Source: an uncultured Alphaproteobacteria bacterium (lineage in GTDB: Bacteria > Pseudomonadota > Alphaproteobacteria > RF32 > CAG-239). Taken from it: DNA of 53,496 nt. The notes under the pieces are model-generated. The model saw only the letters and a program-made list of their open reading frames with translations, was not told the DNA's origin and did no database searches. This document shows positions 1 to 9,753 of this stretch, in pieces (within the stretch, counting starts at the first letter, position 1; each line of letters begins with the position of its first letter). The position numbers were made by a program, and so were the translations under genes. The stretch covers positions 1 through 53,496 of the forward strand of contig CALXWI010000003.1 in assembly GCA_944392325.1 (NCBI GenBank). The letters are read 5' to 3'.

Positions 1-134
1 ACAATCTCTCGGTGGAAGCCGTTGAGTTTGGCTAAAATCTCCTCAAGGTATTGTTGTACGCTCGGGCCGTCAAGCTGCCTTTGCCAGCCAAGCAAGTTGG
101 TGCCGTCGTATTCTATGGTGAGTTTGTAGCGCAT
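1..134 (-). CDS. truA: tRNA pseudouridine(38-40) synthase TruA, N-terminal part (runs off window start)
   Basis: Manual translation of reverse strand from ATG at 134: [32 protein letters not shown], the typical TruA N-terminal motif; not in ORF track. Confidence 0.9.
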   Translation of the reverse strand, partial: MRYKLTIEYDGTNLLGWQRQLDGPSVQQYLEEILAKLNGFHREI

Positions 135-159
135 ATATTTATTTATCCTCTCAAAAAAA

Positions 160-186
160 ATAAGGGGCTTAATTCCTGCCCCTTAA
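160..186 (-). terminator. Intrinsic terminator after oxidoreductase gene
   Basis: TAAGGGGC...GCCCCTTA hairpin adjacent to an A-run (T-run on minus strand). Confidence 0.6.
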
Positions 187-214
187 ACTAAACCATTTGT
201 GGGTTTATGCAAGT

Positions 215-1240
215 TTATTCTGCAGCAAAAGCCATTTTTTCTGCCACAGAATTAGTAAAACCCAGCTTGGACTGAATCTCCCACAGTACACGTAAAGCTG
301 CAAGGGCGTTCTCACCGCTGATGCGCGGGGTGGCCTTGCCGTTAACACAAGCAATAAAGTGGTTTAATTCTGCCTGCAAAGGTTGGTTGGTCGGAATAAA
401 TAACTGCTCGACACTGCCTTTTAAGCCATAGTTCATCCACTCGGGGATTTCCTCCTGATTAACGTAGGGCATACGTCCCTGAGAGTGAACGTTGATGCTT
501 TGGTTGATGAAGTCCATATCAATATAGTTGGTGTCAGTGGTTACCGTTAAAGTTCTGACACGGGCTTGGGTAATGCGGCTGGCGGTTAAGTTGGCGGTAA
601 CCCCGTTTTCAAACTCAAGCAAAGCAGTAATATAGTCCTTGCCGGAGGCGTGGTCCGGAGTGCGTACCGCAGCAGCCTGAACAGTCTTAACCTTGTCTTT
701 AACCAAAGACAAAACAACTTCAACATCGTGAATCATCAAGTCCATAGCAACATCAACATCGGTAATGCGGCCAGATGCGGCTGACATACGCTGTGCCGTA
801 AGGGAGCGAATCATCCCCGTGTTGTTCAAGATTTTGTGCATTTGTTCAACCGCCGGATTAAACTGCTCAATATGGCCGACCAACAAAGTAACATTATTGG
901 CCTTGGCAGCGTTAATCAACCTTTGGCAGCCTTCCTCAGTAGTGGCTAACGGTTTTTCCATCAAGCAATGGATGCCCTTGTTTAAGAAAAATTCACCAAC
1001 ATCAGCGTGGGTGACTGAAGTGGTTACGACACTAACCGCATCAACCTCGGCGGCAACTTCATCCAGTGATGAAAAAGCCTTAATTCCAAACATTTCAGCC
1101 GCTTTTTGTGCTGCCTCCGGAAAAATGTCATACACGCCGACCAAATCAACGCCCTGTAATGTTTTATACGTCTTCAAATGGTTTTTACCCATAACGCCGG
1201 CGCCGATAACCGCAACTTTGATATTACTCATAGAAAGCAT
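215..1240 (-). CDS. Gfo/Idh/MocA family NAD-dependent oxidoreductase (UDP-GlcNAc 3-dehydrogenase-like)
   Basis: GAGVMG Rossmann motif, EKP motif, GHIEQFNP and DLMIHD motifs. Confidence 0.88.
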   Translation of the reverse strand: MLSMSNIKVAVIGAGVMGKNHLKTYKTLQGVDLVGVYDIFPEAAQKAAEMFGIKAFSSLDEVAAEVDAVSVVTTSVTHADVGEFFLNKGIHCLMEKPLATTEEGCQRLINAAKANNVTLLVGHIEQFNPAVEQMHKILNNTGMIRSLTAQRMSAASGRITDVDVAMDLMIHDVEVVLSLVKDKVKTVQAAAVRTPDHASGKDYITALLEFENGVTANLTASRITQARVRTLTVTTDTNYIDMDFINQSINVHSQGRMPYVNQEEIPEWMNYGLKGSVEQLFIPTNQPLQAELNHFIACVNGKATPRISGENALAALRVLWEIQSKLGFTNSVAEKMAFAAE

Positions 1241-1326
1241 TCCTCATTGATGTTACAAAGTAATCTGAGCGTCTTATAGCATATTAGGTGGGGGATGGTA
1301 ACTAATAAATTGTTACAAATTATTTC

Positions 1327-1825
1327 AAAAACACGTATTTTGGGCACCTAATACAGATTTTTATAAAATTGCTAAGTCATGTACCAGCACGTACCTTCGC
1401 CGTCTAGGCTCGCGGTGGTCGCGGTTGCTCCCTTGCTTGCCAAGAAGTTCCGAAGATTTTGCAGATACAAAAGCAACGTTGGTTGCTTTTGTTCTTAGCA
1501 ATCCTGTCGCAATTTTCTAAAAATCTTATTATCTGCCGCAAACTCCGTGTTTTTGGTAAAAGTTCGTATAACGGGTTATTAATACAGAAATTGCGGGTCG
1601 AAAGTGTCCTCACGTACCTCTTTAGCTCAGGAATCTAGGCTTGCTGTGGTCGCGGTTGCTCCCTTGCTCGCCAAGATTTTCTGAGATGTTACAGATGAAA
1701 AAGCAACGTCAGTTGCTTTTTCTCTTAGCCATTGCTAAAATTTTTCTCGCCCTTGACGCCTACAAATCGACTCACCATCTAAATTTTTTACAAAAACACG
1801 TATTTTGGGCACCTAATACGGAGAT
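1327..1825 (+). repeat. Cluster of GTAC-apex palindromic repeats: unit 1327-1554, chimeric unit 1558-1789, partial unit 1792-1825; both full units carry a ~110-bp nested insert
   Basis: Paired arms AAAAACACG/CGTGTTTTT, TAATA/TATTA, AAAATTGC/GCAATTTT; 1566-1736 nearly identical to 45061-45231; 1326-1354 repeated at 1791-1819. Confidence 0.85.
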
Positions 1826-1921
1826 TAATTTGGTTTGTAACAAGGGTATAAGTTCGCGGTTGACGTTTGGGTGGGCTTTGTGTTATCGTCCTAGCATCTA
1901 GATTAAATGCCGGAGACGGAT

Positions 1922-3772
1922 ATGCTGAGAAAATTTTGTTTGTGGGGAGCTTTGCTGTTGGCGGGGTGTACCGCTACGCCTGAAAAATCAACGGATGCGG
2001 TTGAAAATGCCGGTGTCGGCGGGGCTCATTGTGTGTTGATGACTTCCGTGCCGGAAGAGGTGGACGGAAAGCTTAATACCTATGATGCTATGGCGCGGGC
2101 TGCAAAGTATAATGCTAAGCCGGTCAGCGAAAATATGAAACAGAAAATTTTTAGCGCGAATCCGAATTTGTCCCCTAAAGATATTATTGACAATGTATTA
2201 AACAATCCGGCACAAGGCAGTGAGCTCTACAACGGTATCAGGGTGTTGGATTATGCCATTATGTATGCCGGTGCTTATTTGGCGGACTCGCAACAGCAAG
2301 CTGATGATTTGATTTTGCAGCGTTCGGCTCAGAGTTTGGCCGTGGCTGCAGTAAAAGTACAGGGCGATGTGTGGATTGCTAATCGCAAAATCAGAGAAAT
2401 CAACCGTATGCTTGACCAGCAAAACAAAGATTTGTTGGCTTTTGAGGCTTATTATCGGACGGTTGGTAAGCTCAGCGAAGAAGAGCAGTCGTATCGGAGC
2501 TCTTTGGATGTGGCTATCCGCAAGCTTAAAGAAACCAGAGAATCGTTGATTGCATCAACTCTTGAATATCGTAAGTTGGTGAAAGATAAGTCCGAAAGTT
2601 TGGAGTTGGACGGACGGCGTTTCTATGAACTTGACCATTTTGAGGCATCTTTAAGTGAAGAATTGTTTGAACAAGCCGCTTTGGCAGGGCGACCGGAGTT
2701 TAAGTCAGCTAAGGCTCAATCAAAAGGGTATAGTTTTGCATCTATTAATCGCTATTTGGCGTACCATTATGATGAAGTTGAGCGTTTGAAACTCAATGGC
2801 TATAAAGCAAACAATGAGCTATATGCCAATGCGTTAGAAAAACAGGCGGCAAGAGCTGCCAGCAGTTTGATTGATGCTATTGTTGTGCTTAGAACGCAGA
2901 CTAAGCCGGAAGATACGTTTGCTCAGCAAGATAAAGTGTTAGATGAATTGGCTGCCGCTATTATGATTCAGAATCGTCTGGCGTTTGAGGCTGTGGGGAC
3001 GGCTACTTTGGATTATGAATTGGTACTTAGCAAAATCAAAACCCTGAAAAAAGAGATTAATCTGCTCAAAAACCGCAGCTTGAACTATGCGCAAAAAGAG
3101 CAGTTGTTGGACAAGAAAATCCAATTGCTGAATTTGGAGATTTTGGAAGCGAGAGTTGTAGCAGACCGTGCTGCGGCAGTGGTTGGTTTGTATTTTTATG
3201 CCGGATATGCCCCGTTTGAATGCCAGCTGTTGAACCAGCGTCCGGCTTATATTGCCAAAGTGCTCAAAGAAGGATTGAATACTGACAGAGTGAAAATGTT
3301 AGCAAAATCTTGGCAGGAAAAAACTCCGGTTGGTAGTAATGTTCCGGAAATTGAAAAATGGGCAATCGGTGAAAATTGGCTCGAAGATGTGCTGGAAAAC
3401 AAAGTAACTGAGAAAAAGCCGGTGGTAGTGCCGGATCAGAGAATTAGTCCTGCTAAGCCTAAAACAAAAGCTGATGCAGAGCCACAGAAGTTGGTTCAGC
3501 CGGAAGGGGATTATACTCCTTATACCAATCCGGAGTTTAATAAACGCAAGGTAATGCAGTTGGGGTCTTATGTGGAGCCAAAAAATGCGGACTTGGATTG
3601 GAATATTTTGAGCAATTTGTATCCAGAACTTAAAAAGTATAAGCCCAAAACCGAAAAAAGCTATGTTAATGGGGTGCTATATTATCGTTTGTTGATTAAG
3701 TCTCCGTCTGGTGGGTTTATGGCTTTATGCAACAAGCTGCGGCAAGACAGAGTACAATGCTTGTTGAAATAA
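1922..3772 (+). CDS. Lipoprotein with TolC-like helical region and C-terminal SPOR domain
   Basis: Lipobox LLLAGC; YDAMARAAKYN resembles the N-terminal motif of a TolC-like subfamily; C-terminal VMQLGSY...YYRL...LCNKLR...CL is SPOR-like. Confidence 0.6.
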   Translation: MLRKFCLWGALLLAGCTATPEKSTDAVENAGVGGAHCVLMTSVPEEVDGKLNTYDAMARAAKYNAKPVSENMKQKIFSANPNLSPKDIIDNVLNNPAQGSELYNGIRVLDYAIMYAGAYLADSQQQADDLILQRSAQSLAVAAVKVQGDVWIANRKIREINRMLDQQNKDLLAFEAYYRTVGKLSEEEQSYRSSLDVAIRKLKETRESLIASTLEYRKLVKDKSESLELDGRRFYELDHFEASLSEELFEQAALAGRPEFKSAKAQSKGYSFASINRYLAYHYDEVERLKLNGYKANNELYANALEKQAARAASSLIDAIVVLRTQTKPEDTFAQQDKVLDELAAAIMIQNRLAFEAVGTATLDYELVLSKIKTLKKEINLLKNRSLNYAQKEQLLDKKIQLLNLEILEARVVADRAAAVVGLYFYAGYAPFECQLLNQRPAYIAKVLKEGLNTDRVKMLAKSWQEKTPVGSNVPEIEKWAIGENWLEDVLENKVTEKKPVVVPDQRISPAKPKTKADAEPQKLVQPEGDYTPYTNPEFNKRKVMQLGSYVEPKNADLDWNILSNLYPELKKYKPKTEKSYVNGVLYYRLLIKSPSGGFMALCNKLRQDRVQCLLK

Positions 3773-3837
3773 AAGGTTTGTCAAAAAGCTTTTTTTGGTG
3801 TAGGATATAAAGGTATTGTTAAATTACGGTTGCGCCT

Positions 3838-4959
3838 ATGTCTGAGGATAAAGAACAAACATTATATGAGTGGCATGCAGTATCGCGCTTGAAAAATGAA
3901 GCGCGAGAGGTGGAGCCTGCCTTGGAACAAAACTCCAAAACTCCAGAAATAGATTTAGTGCCAGAGCAGGCGAAAGAAACGGAGATATCGGAGGAAAAAA
4001 AAGAGCTGCTTCCTGAAATGGATTTTAAAGAGCAAAAACTTGATGAAACGGATTTCCATGGGGCAGCCTTGGCCGGAAGCAATTTTGCCGGAGCTTCGTT
4101 AAAAAATGCTGACTTAAGCGGGGCGGATTTGTCCGGAGCAAACTTGAGCGGGGCAGATTTGTCCGGGGCTAATTTGAGCGGAGCCGTGCTGCGCGGAACC
4201 AATTTTACCGGTGCTTGTTTGAACGGGGTAAAGCTGACAGAAGCTGATTTGGATGGGGCTATTTTGCTCAATTTGCGCATTGATGAGCTCGGCCTGCAAG
4301 AGTTGCAAGAGCTGATTGAGTATTTGGCTAAGTATTTTCCGCATAAGCTGAACTTGGCTAAGATGAATTTGACCTTGTTGGACTTGAAGCGCATTGATTT
4401 GAAAAATCTTAATCTGCGAGGGGTGGATTTTACCGGTGTGGATTTTACCGGTGTTAATATTATTGGCTTGAATTTGAGTGAGTGCATTATTACTCCACAG
4501 CAGATTGCGCAGGCAATGGGACGCAATCCCACGCGTGATGAGATGATGCAGCTGTTGATGCCACGCAAAAAAGAAGGCGGAAAAGAATGGTCAGGTATTG
4601 ATTGGGAGTCTTTTTTTCGTGGTGGTGAAGATTATAGTATTTGGGATGCTACCAAAGATAAAGGTATTACCATTGAGCAGATTTTGAAAACCGGTAAAAA
4701 AGTGTTTAGAAAAGAAGCCGGAAAGCCTAAACTCAAAGACGAGCAGATTGTAGAACAAGTGAAAACCGAGCAAAAGAACAAAGATTTTGAGCGGACCGAG
4801 AAAATTCGTGAAAGTATTGAAAAGAATCGTCAGGCAGTGTTGGAGGCCAGAAAAGAGCGCCAAAAAGAAGCCGCTGATGAGAAGAGTAATGATGAACGCA
4901 AACCACAAAAAGAGTTGGATATATCGTTGATTAATGCCGGCAGAGGACGTGAGTTTTAA
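3838..4959 (+). CDS. Pentapeptide repeat protein with charged C-terminal coiled coil
   Basis: Tandem A(D/N)LSG and VDFTG pentapeptides; 15-bp periodic DNA at ~4108-4185. Confidence 0.88.
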   Translation: MSEDKEQTLYEWHAVSRLKNEAREVEPALEQNSKTPEIDLVPEQAKETEISEEKKELLPEMDFKEQKLDETDFHGAALAGSNFAGASLKNADLSGADLSGANLSGADLSGANLSGAVLRGTNFTGACLNGVKLTEADLDGAILLNLRIDELGLQELQELIEYLAKYFPHKLNLAKMNLTLLDLKRIDLKNLNLRGVDFTGVDFTGVNIIGLNLSECIITPQQIAQAMGRNPTRDEMMQLLMPRKKEGGKEWSGIDWESFFRGGEDYSIWDATKDKGITIEQILKTGKKVFRKEAGKPKLKDEQIVEQVKTEQKNKDFERTEKIRESIEKNRQAVLEARKERQKEAADEKSNDERKPQKELDISLINAGRGREF

Positions 4960-5675
4960 GCTCCGAGGCGGCGGGCAAATTCAGCCTCAGAATCAGCAGA
5001 AAGATAAGGGTTGCACTTTTTTTCTTCCCCGAGGGTGAAAGGACCGGCGGGGAGGCCTTGTTGCAGTCGGTTTTGAGCCAAGCGAAGATAGGCTAAAACA
5101 TCGGGACTGTTGTGGCTGAAGTATAAAGCTTCTTGCGCACCGTGCAGGGTGTATTCATGCCCAGGGTAAAAAAGAGTATCATCCGGAAGAGCTTTGATTT
5201 TTTGTACCGAATGCCACATTTGGCTGATGTTGCCCTCAAATAAACCGCCGACACAGAGGTTGAACAGCATATCGCCGGTAAAAAGGGCTTTGTCTTGGGC
5301 AAAGTACCATAAAATATGGCCGATGGTGTGTCCGTCAACGCTGATGATTTGGGCTTGAGAATCGCCTAAGCGGAAAGTGTCGCCGTCACTGAGGGCGATA
5401 TCTAGCCCCGGAATGCGGTGTGCGTCTGCACTATGGCCGACTACTTGGGCGTGGTAGAGCTGTTTGAGCTCAAGGTTGCTGTCGGTGTGGTCAAAGTGAT
5501 GATGGGTGTTAAGAATATAAGACGGTCGGGTATTGAGCTCTTGGCAGCGCTTGATAATCGGAGCGGCTTCAGAGGGGTCGATGATGGCGGAAATGCGGCT
5601 TGCCTCATCAATCAAAAGGTAAGCGTAGTTATCCATAATGCCGGCGCGGCACAAGATGGTTTCAATTTGCAGCAT
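4956..5675 (-). CDS. gloB: Hydroxyacylglutathione hydrolase (glyoxalase II)
   Basis: DNYAY, THHHFDH metallo-beta-lactamase motif, GHT, GHEYT, EKKCNPYL. Confidence 0.9.
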   Translation of the reverse strand: MLQIETILCRAGIMDNYAYLLIDEASRISAIIDPSEAAPIIKRCQELNTRPSYILNTHHHFDHTDSNLELKQLYHAQVVGHSADAHRIPGLDIALSDGDTFRLGDSQAQIISVDGHTIGHILWYFAQDKALFTGDMLFNLCVGGLFEGNISQMWHSVQKIKALPDDTLFYPGHEYTLHGAQEALYFSHNSPDVLAYLRLAQNRLQQGLPAGPFTLGEEKKCNPYLSADSEAEFARRLGA

Positions 5676-7360
5676 TAAAGGTAATCCTCCGGTCTAACCT
5701 CATCAATTTGTTCAGGAGAGATGTATTGTTCAGCATATTCCATATAAACCTCATTGGTGATGAATACGCGATATAAATCAGGATCAATATGGCCGCTGTT
5801 TTTCATCTCTTTCATAATGGAGAGGACTTCGCTTAGCTTTTTAGGTTCTTTATAAGGGCGGTCATTGGAAGTTAGAGCCTCGAAAATATCAGCAATAGCC
5901 ATAATCTTGGCCGGTATGGACATTTGGTCGCCGGTGAGGCCGTTGGGGTAGCCTTTGCCATCAATACGTTCGTGATGGGCGCCGGCGTATTCAACCACAT
6001 TGGACAGCTCTTTGGGGAAATGAATGGCTTTGAGCATATCAATCGTAACAACGATATGTTCGTTGATTTTTTCTCTTTCTTCCTTATTAATCGTACCTTT
6101 GCGAACTTCTAAGTTATAGAGCTCGCCGTGATTGTAGCCCTTGCTTAAGTGGTCTTCGCGGTTTTGGAGCAGGCTTTCATAACTGGGGTTGCGGTATAAA
6201 TCCATGTCTTTGATGTTGTCGCGCTCTGCCCATGACAAGCCTTTGGTGCGGTCAAAATAACGTATAAATTGGATTTGGCTTAACTCCTCAAGACGTTTGA
6301 TATCAGCATCACTTAATGGGGTATCGCCGGTGTTACAACGCGCAATAAAGTCAAAGTCTTCTTCTAAGTGTTTAACTTTATTTACAAATTCGGCTTGCAA
6401 AGATTCTTTGTCTTGCTCCGGTGCAGCAAGGCGCTTTTTGAGGTATTCGATATGGGCGTCGCGACGCAAAATCTCAAAACGACTGCGGATTTCGTGAATG
6501 CGGTTGTAAATGGTTTCTAGCTTGGTGGCTTTGTCAACAATATATTCCGGAGTGGTGACTTTGCCGCAATCGTGCAGCCATGAGGCGATGTTGAGTGCGT
6601 ACCAGTCATCGCGGCTCATTTCAAAGTTTTTGAGAGGTCCGCTGTCTTGTTGGACAGCGGCGGTGGTCAGCATACGGGCGATAACCGGTACTCTTTGGCA
6701 ATGGGCTCCGGTATATGGTGATTTAGCGTCAATAGCTCGAGCTAAAACCTCAATAAAAGATTCCAGAAGTTGGTTGTAGGCGCCTTTAAGACGGCGGTTC
6801 TCAATCGTGATACCAATGAGCGCGCAGATAGACTGTAATGTGCGTTGCATATCTTGGGTGAAAGAGATGGTTTTGCCGCTTTCATCTTTGGCATTGATGA
6901 ATTGGATTATACAAATGGTTTCACCTCGGCGGTTGACTATCGGCAGAGTTAGGCCGGAAACCGACATATAGTTGTATTCGTTATCAATCTCTTGAAACAG
7001 AGAGTTGTCGTAGCGGTTGTCACCGTAGATGTTGGCGGTGTTGATGATTTCGTGATTGAGGGCGGAGCTTTCAACTAATGATTTGTTCTTTTTGTTTTTG
7101 AGGTCGGGAAGATAAATACTGGGATAAAGTGAGAGGTTGTCGCTGCCGATTTTATGCAACCCGATGCTGGTGATGCGGCTGAGCTCTAAGGACATAAAGT
7201 CATCGTTGTTGACGGAGTAGAGAAAGCAGCCGTCGGCACGGCACAGAGATTGTGCAAACTCCAGTACCCTTTTGAGTGCCGTATTGTAGTCTTTTTCTGA
7301 GAGAATCGTGTTGTTTAATTCAAGCAGATTGGACAAGATTGAACCATTGATTTCAGCCAC
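5675..7360 (-). CDS. GAF + HD-GYP c-di-GMP phosphodiesterase
   Basis: N-terminal GAF-like region; LHDCGK, HHERIDGKGYP, ADIFEALT..RPYK motifs. Confidence 0.9.
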   Translation of the reverse strand: MAEINGSILSNLLELNNTILSEKDYNTALKRVLEFAQSLCRADGCFLYSVNNDDFMSLELSRITSIGLHKIGSDNLSLYPSIYLPDLKNKKNKSLVESSALNHEIINTANIYGDNRYDNSLFQEIDNEYNYMSVSGLTLPIVNRRGETICIIQFINAKDESGKTISFTQDMQRTLQSICALIGITIENRRLKGAYNQLLESFIEVLARAIDAKSPYTGAHCQRVPVIARMLTTAAVQQDSGPLKNFEMSRDDWYALNIASWLHDCGKVTTPEYIVDKATKLETIYNRIHEIRSRFEILRRDAHIEYLKKRLAAPEQDKESLQAEFVNKVKHLEEDFDFIARCNTGDTPLSDADIKRLEELSQIQFIRYFDRTKGLSWAERDNIKDMDLYRNPSYESLLQNREDHLSKGYNHGELYNLEVRKGTINKEEREKINEHIVVTIDMLKAIHFPKELSNVVEYAGAHHERIDGKGYPNGLTGDQMSIPAKIMAIADIFEALTSNDRPYKEPKKLSEVLSIMKEMKNSGHIDPDLYRVFITNEVYMEYAEQYISPEQIDEVRPEDYL

Positions 7361-7488
7361 TGCAGTATTCCCATCTTAATTAAAACTAGGGATATTATGG
7401 CAATATATTGTTAATTTTTGATAAAAAAGCTGAAATATCTTGCTTGCAGTTTTTTTTGTTTTCAGCTAATATGGCGCTTGGTGTTAAA

Positions 7489-9750
7489 ATGGAAAACTTG
7501 TATAACAAAAGAATTAAGGCTCGCAAAGGGGCAAAGTGGCTCAAAGTAGTATGGATCATACTTTGTGTGATGCTATATTTTTGGGTGGCTAATTTGTTGG
7601 TGCTGTTGGCCTGCCAATATGCCGAGTTTGGTTTTACGACCAAAAATACACGGCGAGTGTATCACTTCTTGGGAAAAGTAAGGGAAGAGCCGTGGTTGGT
7701 GTTTAAGGCTTATTGGATGTGGCTGAAAATATTTTTCAGCGCGGAGAGCTATAAGTGGACGAGTTTTATTCCGTGGTTATCACCCTTGGTGTTTGGCTGG
7801 TTTGTGTTTGTGAGCTATGTGAAGGCCAAAAATCCGTTTAATCCGTTAGGTAAAAAATATAATCATTGGGCAGAACCTGAAGAAGTTCGCAAAATGTCGA
7901 TTGTGGGCGGAAATTTGATGTCGCTTGGTATGTTTGGTGGCAGAAGATTGCGCTTGAACCATACGGCTTCGGTGTTTGTATGGGGGGCATCGGCTCAGGG
8001 TAAAACCTCAACCGTGGCTATTCCCTCCATTTTGGAAAGCAATGATGCCAGCGTGGTAGCGGTTGATACTAAAGGTGATTTAGCTAAGTATACGTCTGGT
8101 CACAGAGCCGGATTGGGACGGGTATTCTGCTTTGATTGGAATAAATCCGAAGATAAAGATAACGGGGTGTTTTTTGCCAGATGGAATCCGCTATCGGAAA
8201 AAGATATGCCGGCTAAAAGTGAAGAGAGAAAAGCTTATTTGCGGCGGTTGGCTGAGCATTTGCTGCCCGAAAAAGGAGACGCTTATTGGCTCAACTTGTC
8301 AAATATGGCGGTGGAGGCTGTGCTTAGTTTCTATGTGGCGAAGTTTGAACGTGCTTGCGCTAATGATTATTTGTTGACTCAATTGCTGGAAAATGGAAGC
8401 TTTTCGGAAGAAGATGAAGGCTTGTTGCTGCGCTATTATGCTCTGATGAACCCCAAATATGCCGAGGCTGCGGTTGAAAATGTGAAAAATAAAACCATGA
8501 CCGCGCAGAACTATATGCCGGTTGGAAGCTGGAACGGAATTTCAGAAAGCTGGCAGGGCAAAGAGCTTTGCTTGCCGATGGTTACGGATTGTTTGTTGCA
8601 GAAGTATTTGGAAACCAGAGATACTCATCCTGATGATGTGTGGGCAGATATTTGTACCGAATATAAAGAAGAGGCGGTATTCTTTGGTTATGGTGCCAAT
8701 ATTGTGGAGATGTTTGAACAGATTTTGGCATGCAAGCGTAAAGTGCGTAACTTGTTGTTTGCGGAGCTGTTAGAACCTTTGGAAATATTCCAAAAACAAT
8801 CTATTCGTGAGAGAACGGCATCAAGTGATTTTGCTTTGAAATATGCACGAGGTATGCGTGATGAAATTAATGGTGAGTGGCAGATATCAACCGTGTATAT
8901 GACAGCAGATACCAAAGAGGCGGCGTTTATGACGCGTTTAATGCTCGATATGTTGATTGAGCGTAATTTGGAAAAACACCGTTCATCGGCGCGCAATACT
9001 CTGTTGGTGGTGATTGATGATATGGAGATGATGCCGCGTTTTAGCTCTCTGCGACGCGGAGTGGCTCAAGGTAAATCTGCCAATATGGCTTTTTTGTTGT
9101 TGACTGACAGCTTGAAAAAACTGGGAAATGCTTACTCTAAGGAAGAATTGGAAGAGATTACGGCTAGTGCAACTTGTAAACTGATTTTTGCTAATAATAA
9201 TATTGAGCTCAGCAAGCAATTCAGAGAGCTGGCGGTGTATGGGGCAAAGTCGGTGCAGTTGCCGGCAGAGGCAGCAGACAGGTTGCAAAAAGTTAAAAAC
9301 GGGTTGAATGATGCTTATTTTTATCGGCGCATTGCCGATGAGCTGTTGAAGCAGAAAAACAGCAAAGACATTACCCGCGGGCAGCATGTGTTGTTGGTGG
9401 AAGGCTTTTACAATCTGCCGGTAAAAGCTGATGTAAAAACCTTTGAAGTTGATGCCAAGTTTAATATTTTGGCGGCTAAGGCGCCTTGTGAGCGGCTGGA
9501 TAATGATTTGGTGCAGAAACGCAATCGCCAGGATATTGATGTGCCGACGATTGATGAAGTGTTGGACGGTTTGAACAAAGCCAAAACTGCAGAATATAAA
9601 GATGATGAGGCGGAGGTAAAATCCGCTGTCGAAGATGACGCTTCGGAAGTTGAGCCGGAAGAGACTGTTGTTGATGATGAATGGTGGATGGATGATAAGG
9701 CTTTTGAACTTGATGAAACGAAGCTCAAAAATCCGTTTGAGGAAAAATAG
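7489..9750 (+). CDS. VirD4/TraG-like type IV coupling protein (start placed at MENLY)
   Basis: Two N-terminal TM segments, Walker A GASAQGKT, SVVAVDTKGDL, RWNPL, degenerate Walker B LLVVIDD, acidic tail. Confidence 0.78.
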   Translation: MENLYNKRIKARKGAKWLKVVWIILCVMLYFWVANLLVLLACQYAEFGFTTKNTRRVYHFLGKVREEPWLVFKAYWMWLKIFFSAESYKWTSFIPWLSPLVFGWFVFVSYVKAKNPFNPLGKKYNHWAEPEEVRKMSIVGGNLMSLGMFGGRRLRLNHTASVFVWGASAQGKTSTVAIPSILESNDASVVAVDTKGDLAKYTSGHRAGLGRVFCFDWNKSEDKDNGVFFARWNPLSEKDMPAKSEERKAYLRRLAEHLLPEKGDAYWLNLSNMAVEAVLSFYVAKFERACANDYLLTQLLENGSFSEEDEGLLLRYYALMNPKYAEAAVENVKNKTMTAQNYMPVGSWNGISESWQGKELCLPMVTDCLLQKYLETRDTHPDDVWADICTEYKEEAVFFGYGANIVEMFEQILACKRKVRNLLFAELLEPLEIFQKQSIRERTASSDFALKYARGMRDEINGEWQISTVYMTADTKEAAFMTRLMLDMLIERNLEKHRSSARNTLLVVIDDMEMMPRFSSLRRGVAQGKSANMAFLLLTDSLKKLGNAYSKEELEEITASATCKLIFANNNIELSKQFRELAVYGAKSVQLPAEAADRLQKVKNGLNDAYFYRRIADELLKQKNSKDITRGQHVLLVEGFYNLPVKADVKTFEVDAKFNILAAKAPCERLDNDLVQKRNRQDIDVPTIDEVLDGLNKAKTAEYKDDEAEVKSAVEDDASEVEPEETVVDDEWWMDDKAFELDETKLKNPFEEK

Positions 9751-9753
9751 GTT

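Noticed and set aside
1404-1901. ORFs 1404-1613 and 1641-1901 (also 10958-11164, 16724-16924, 16902-17138, 24411-24620, 52949-53408)
   Set aside because: Lie in or across repeat elements, lack SD and protein-like features; likely spurious.
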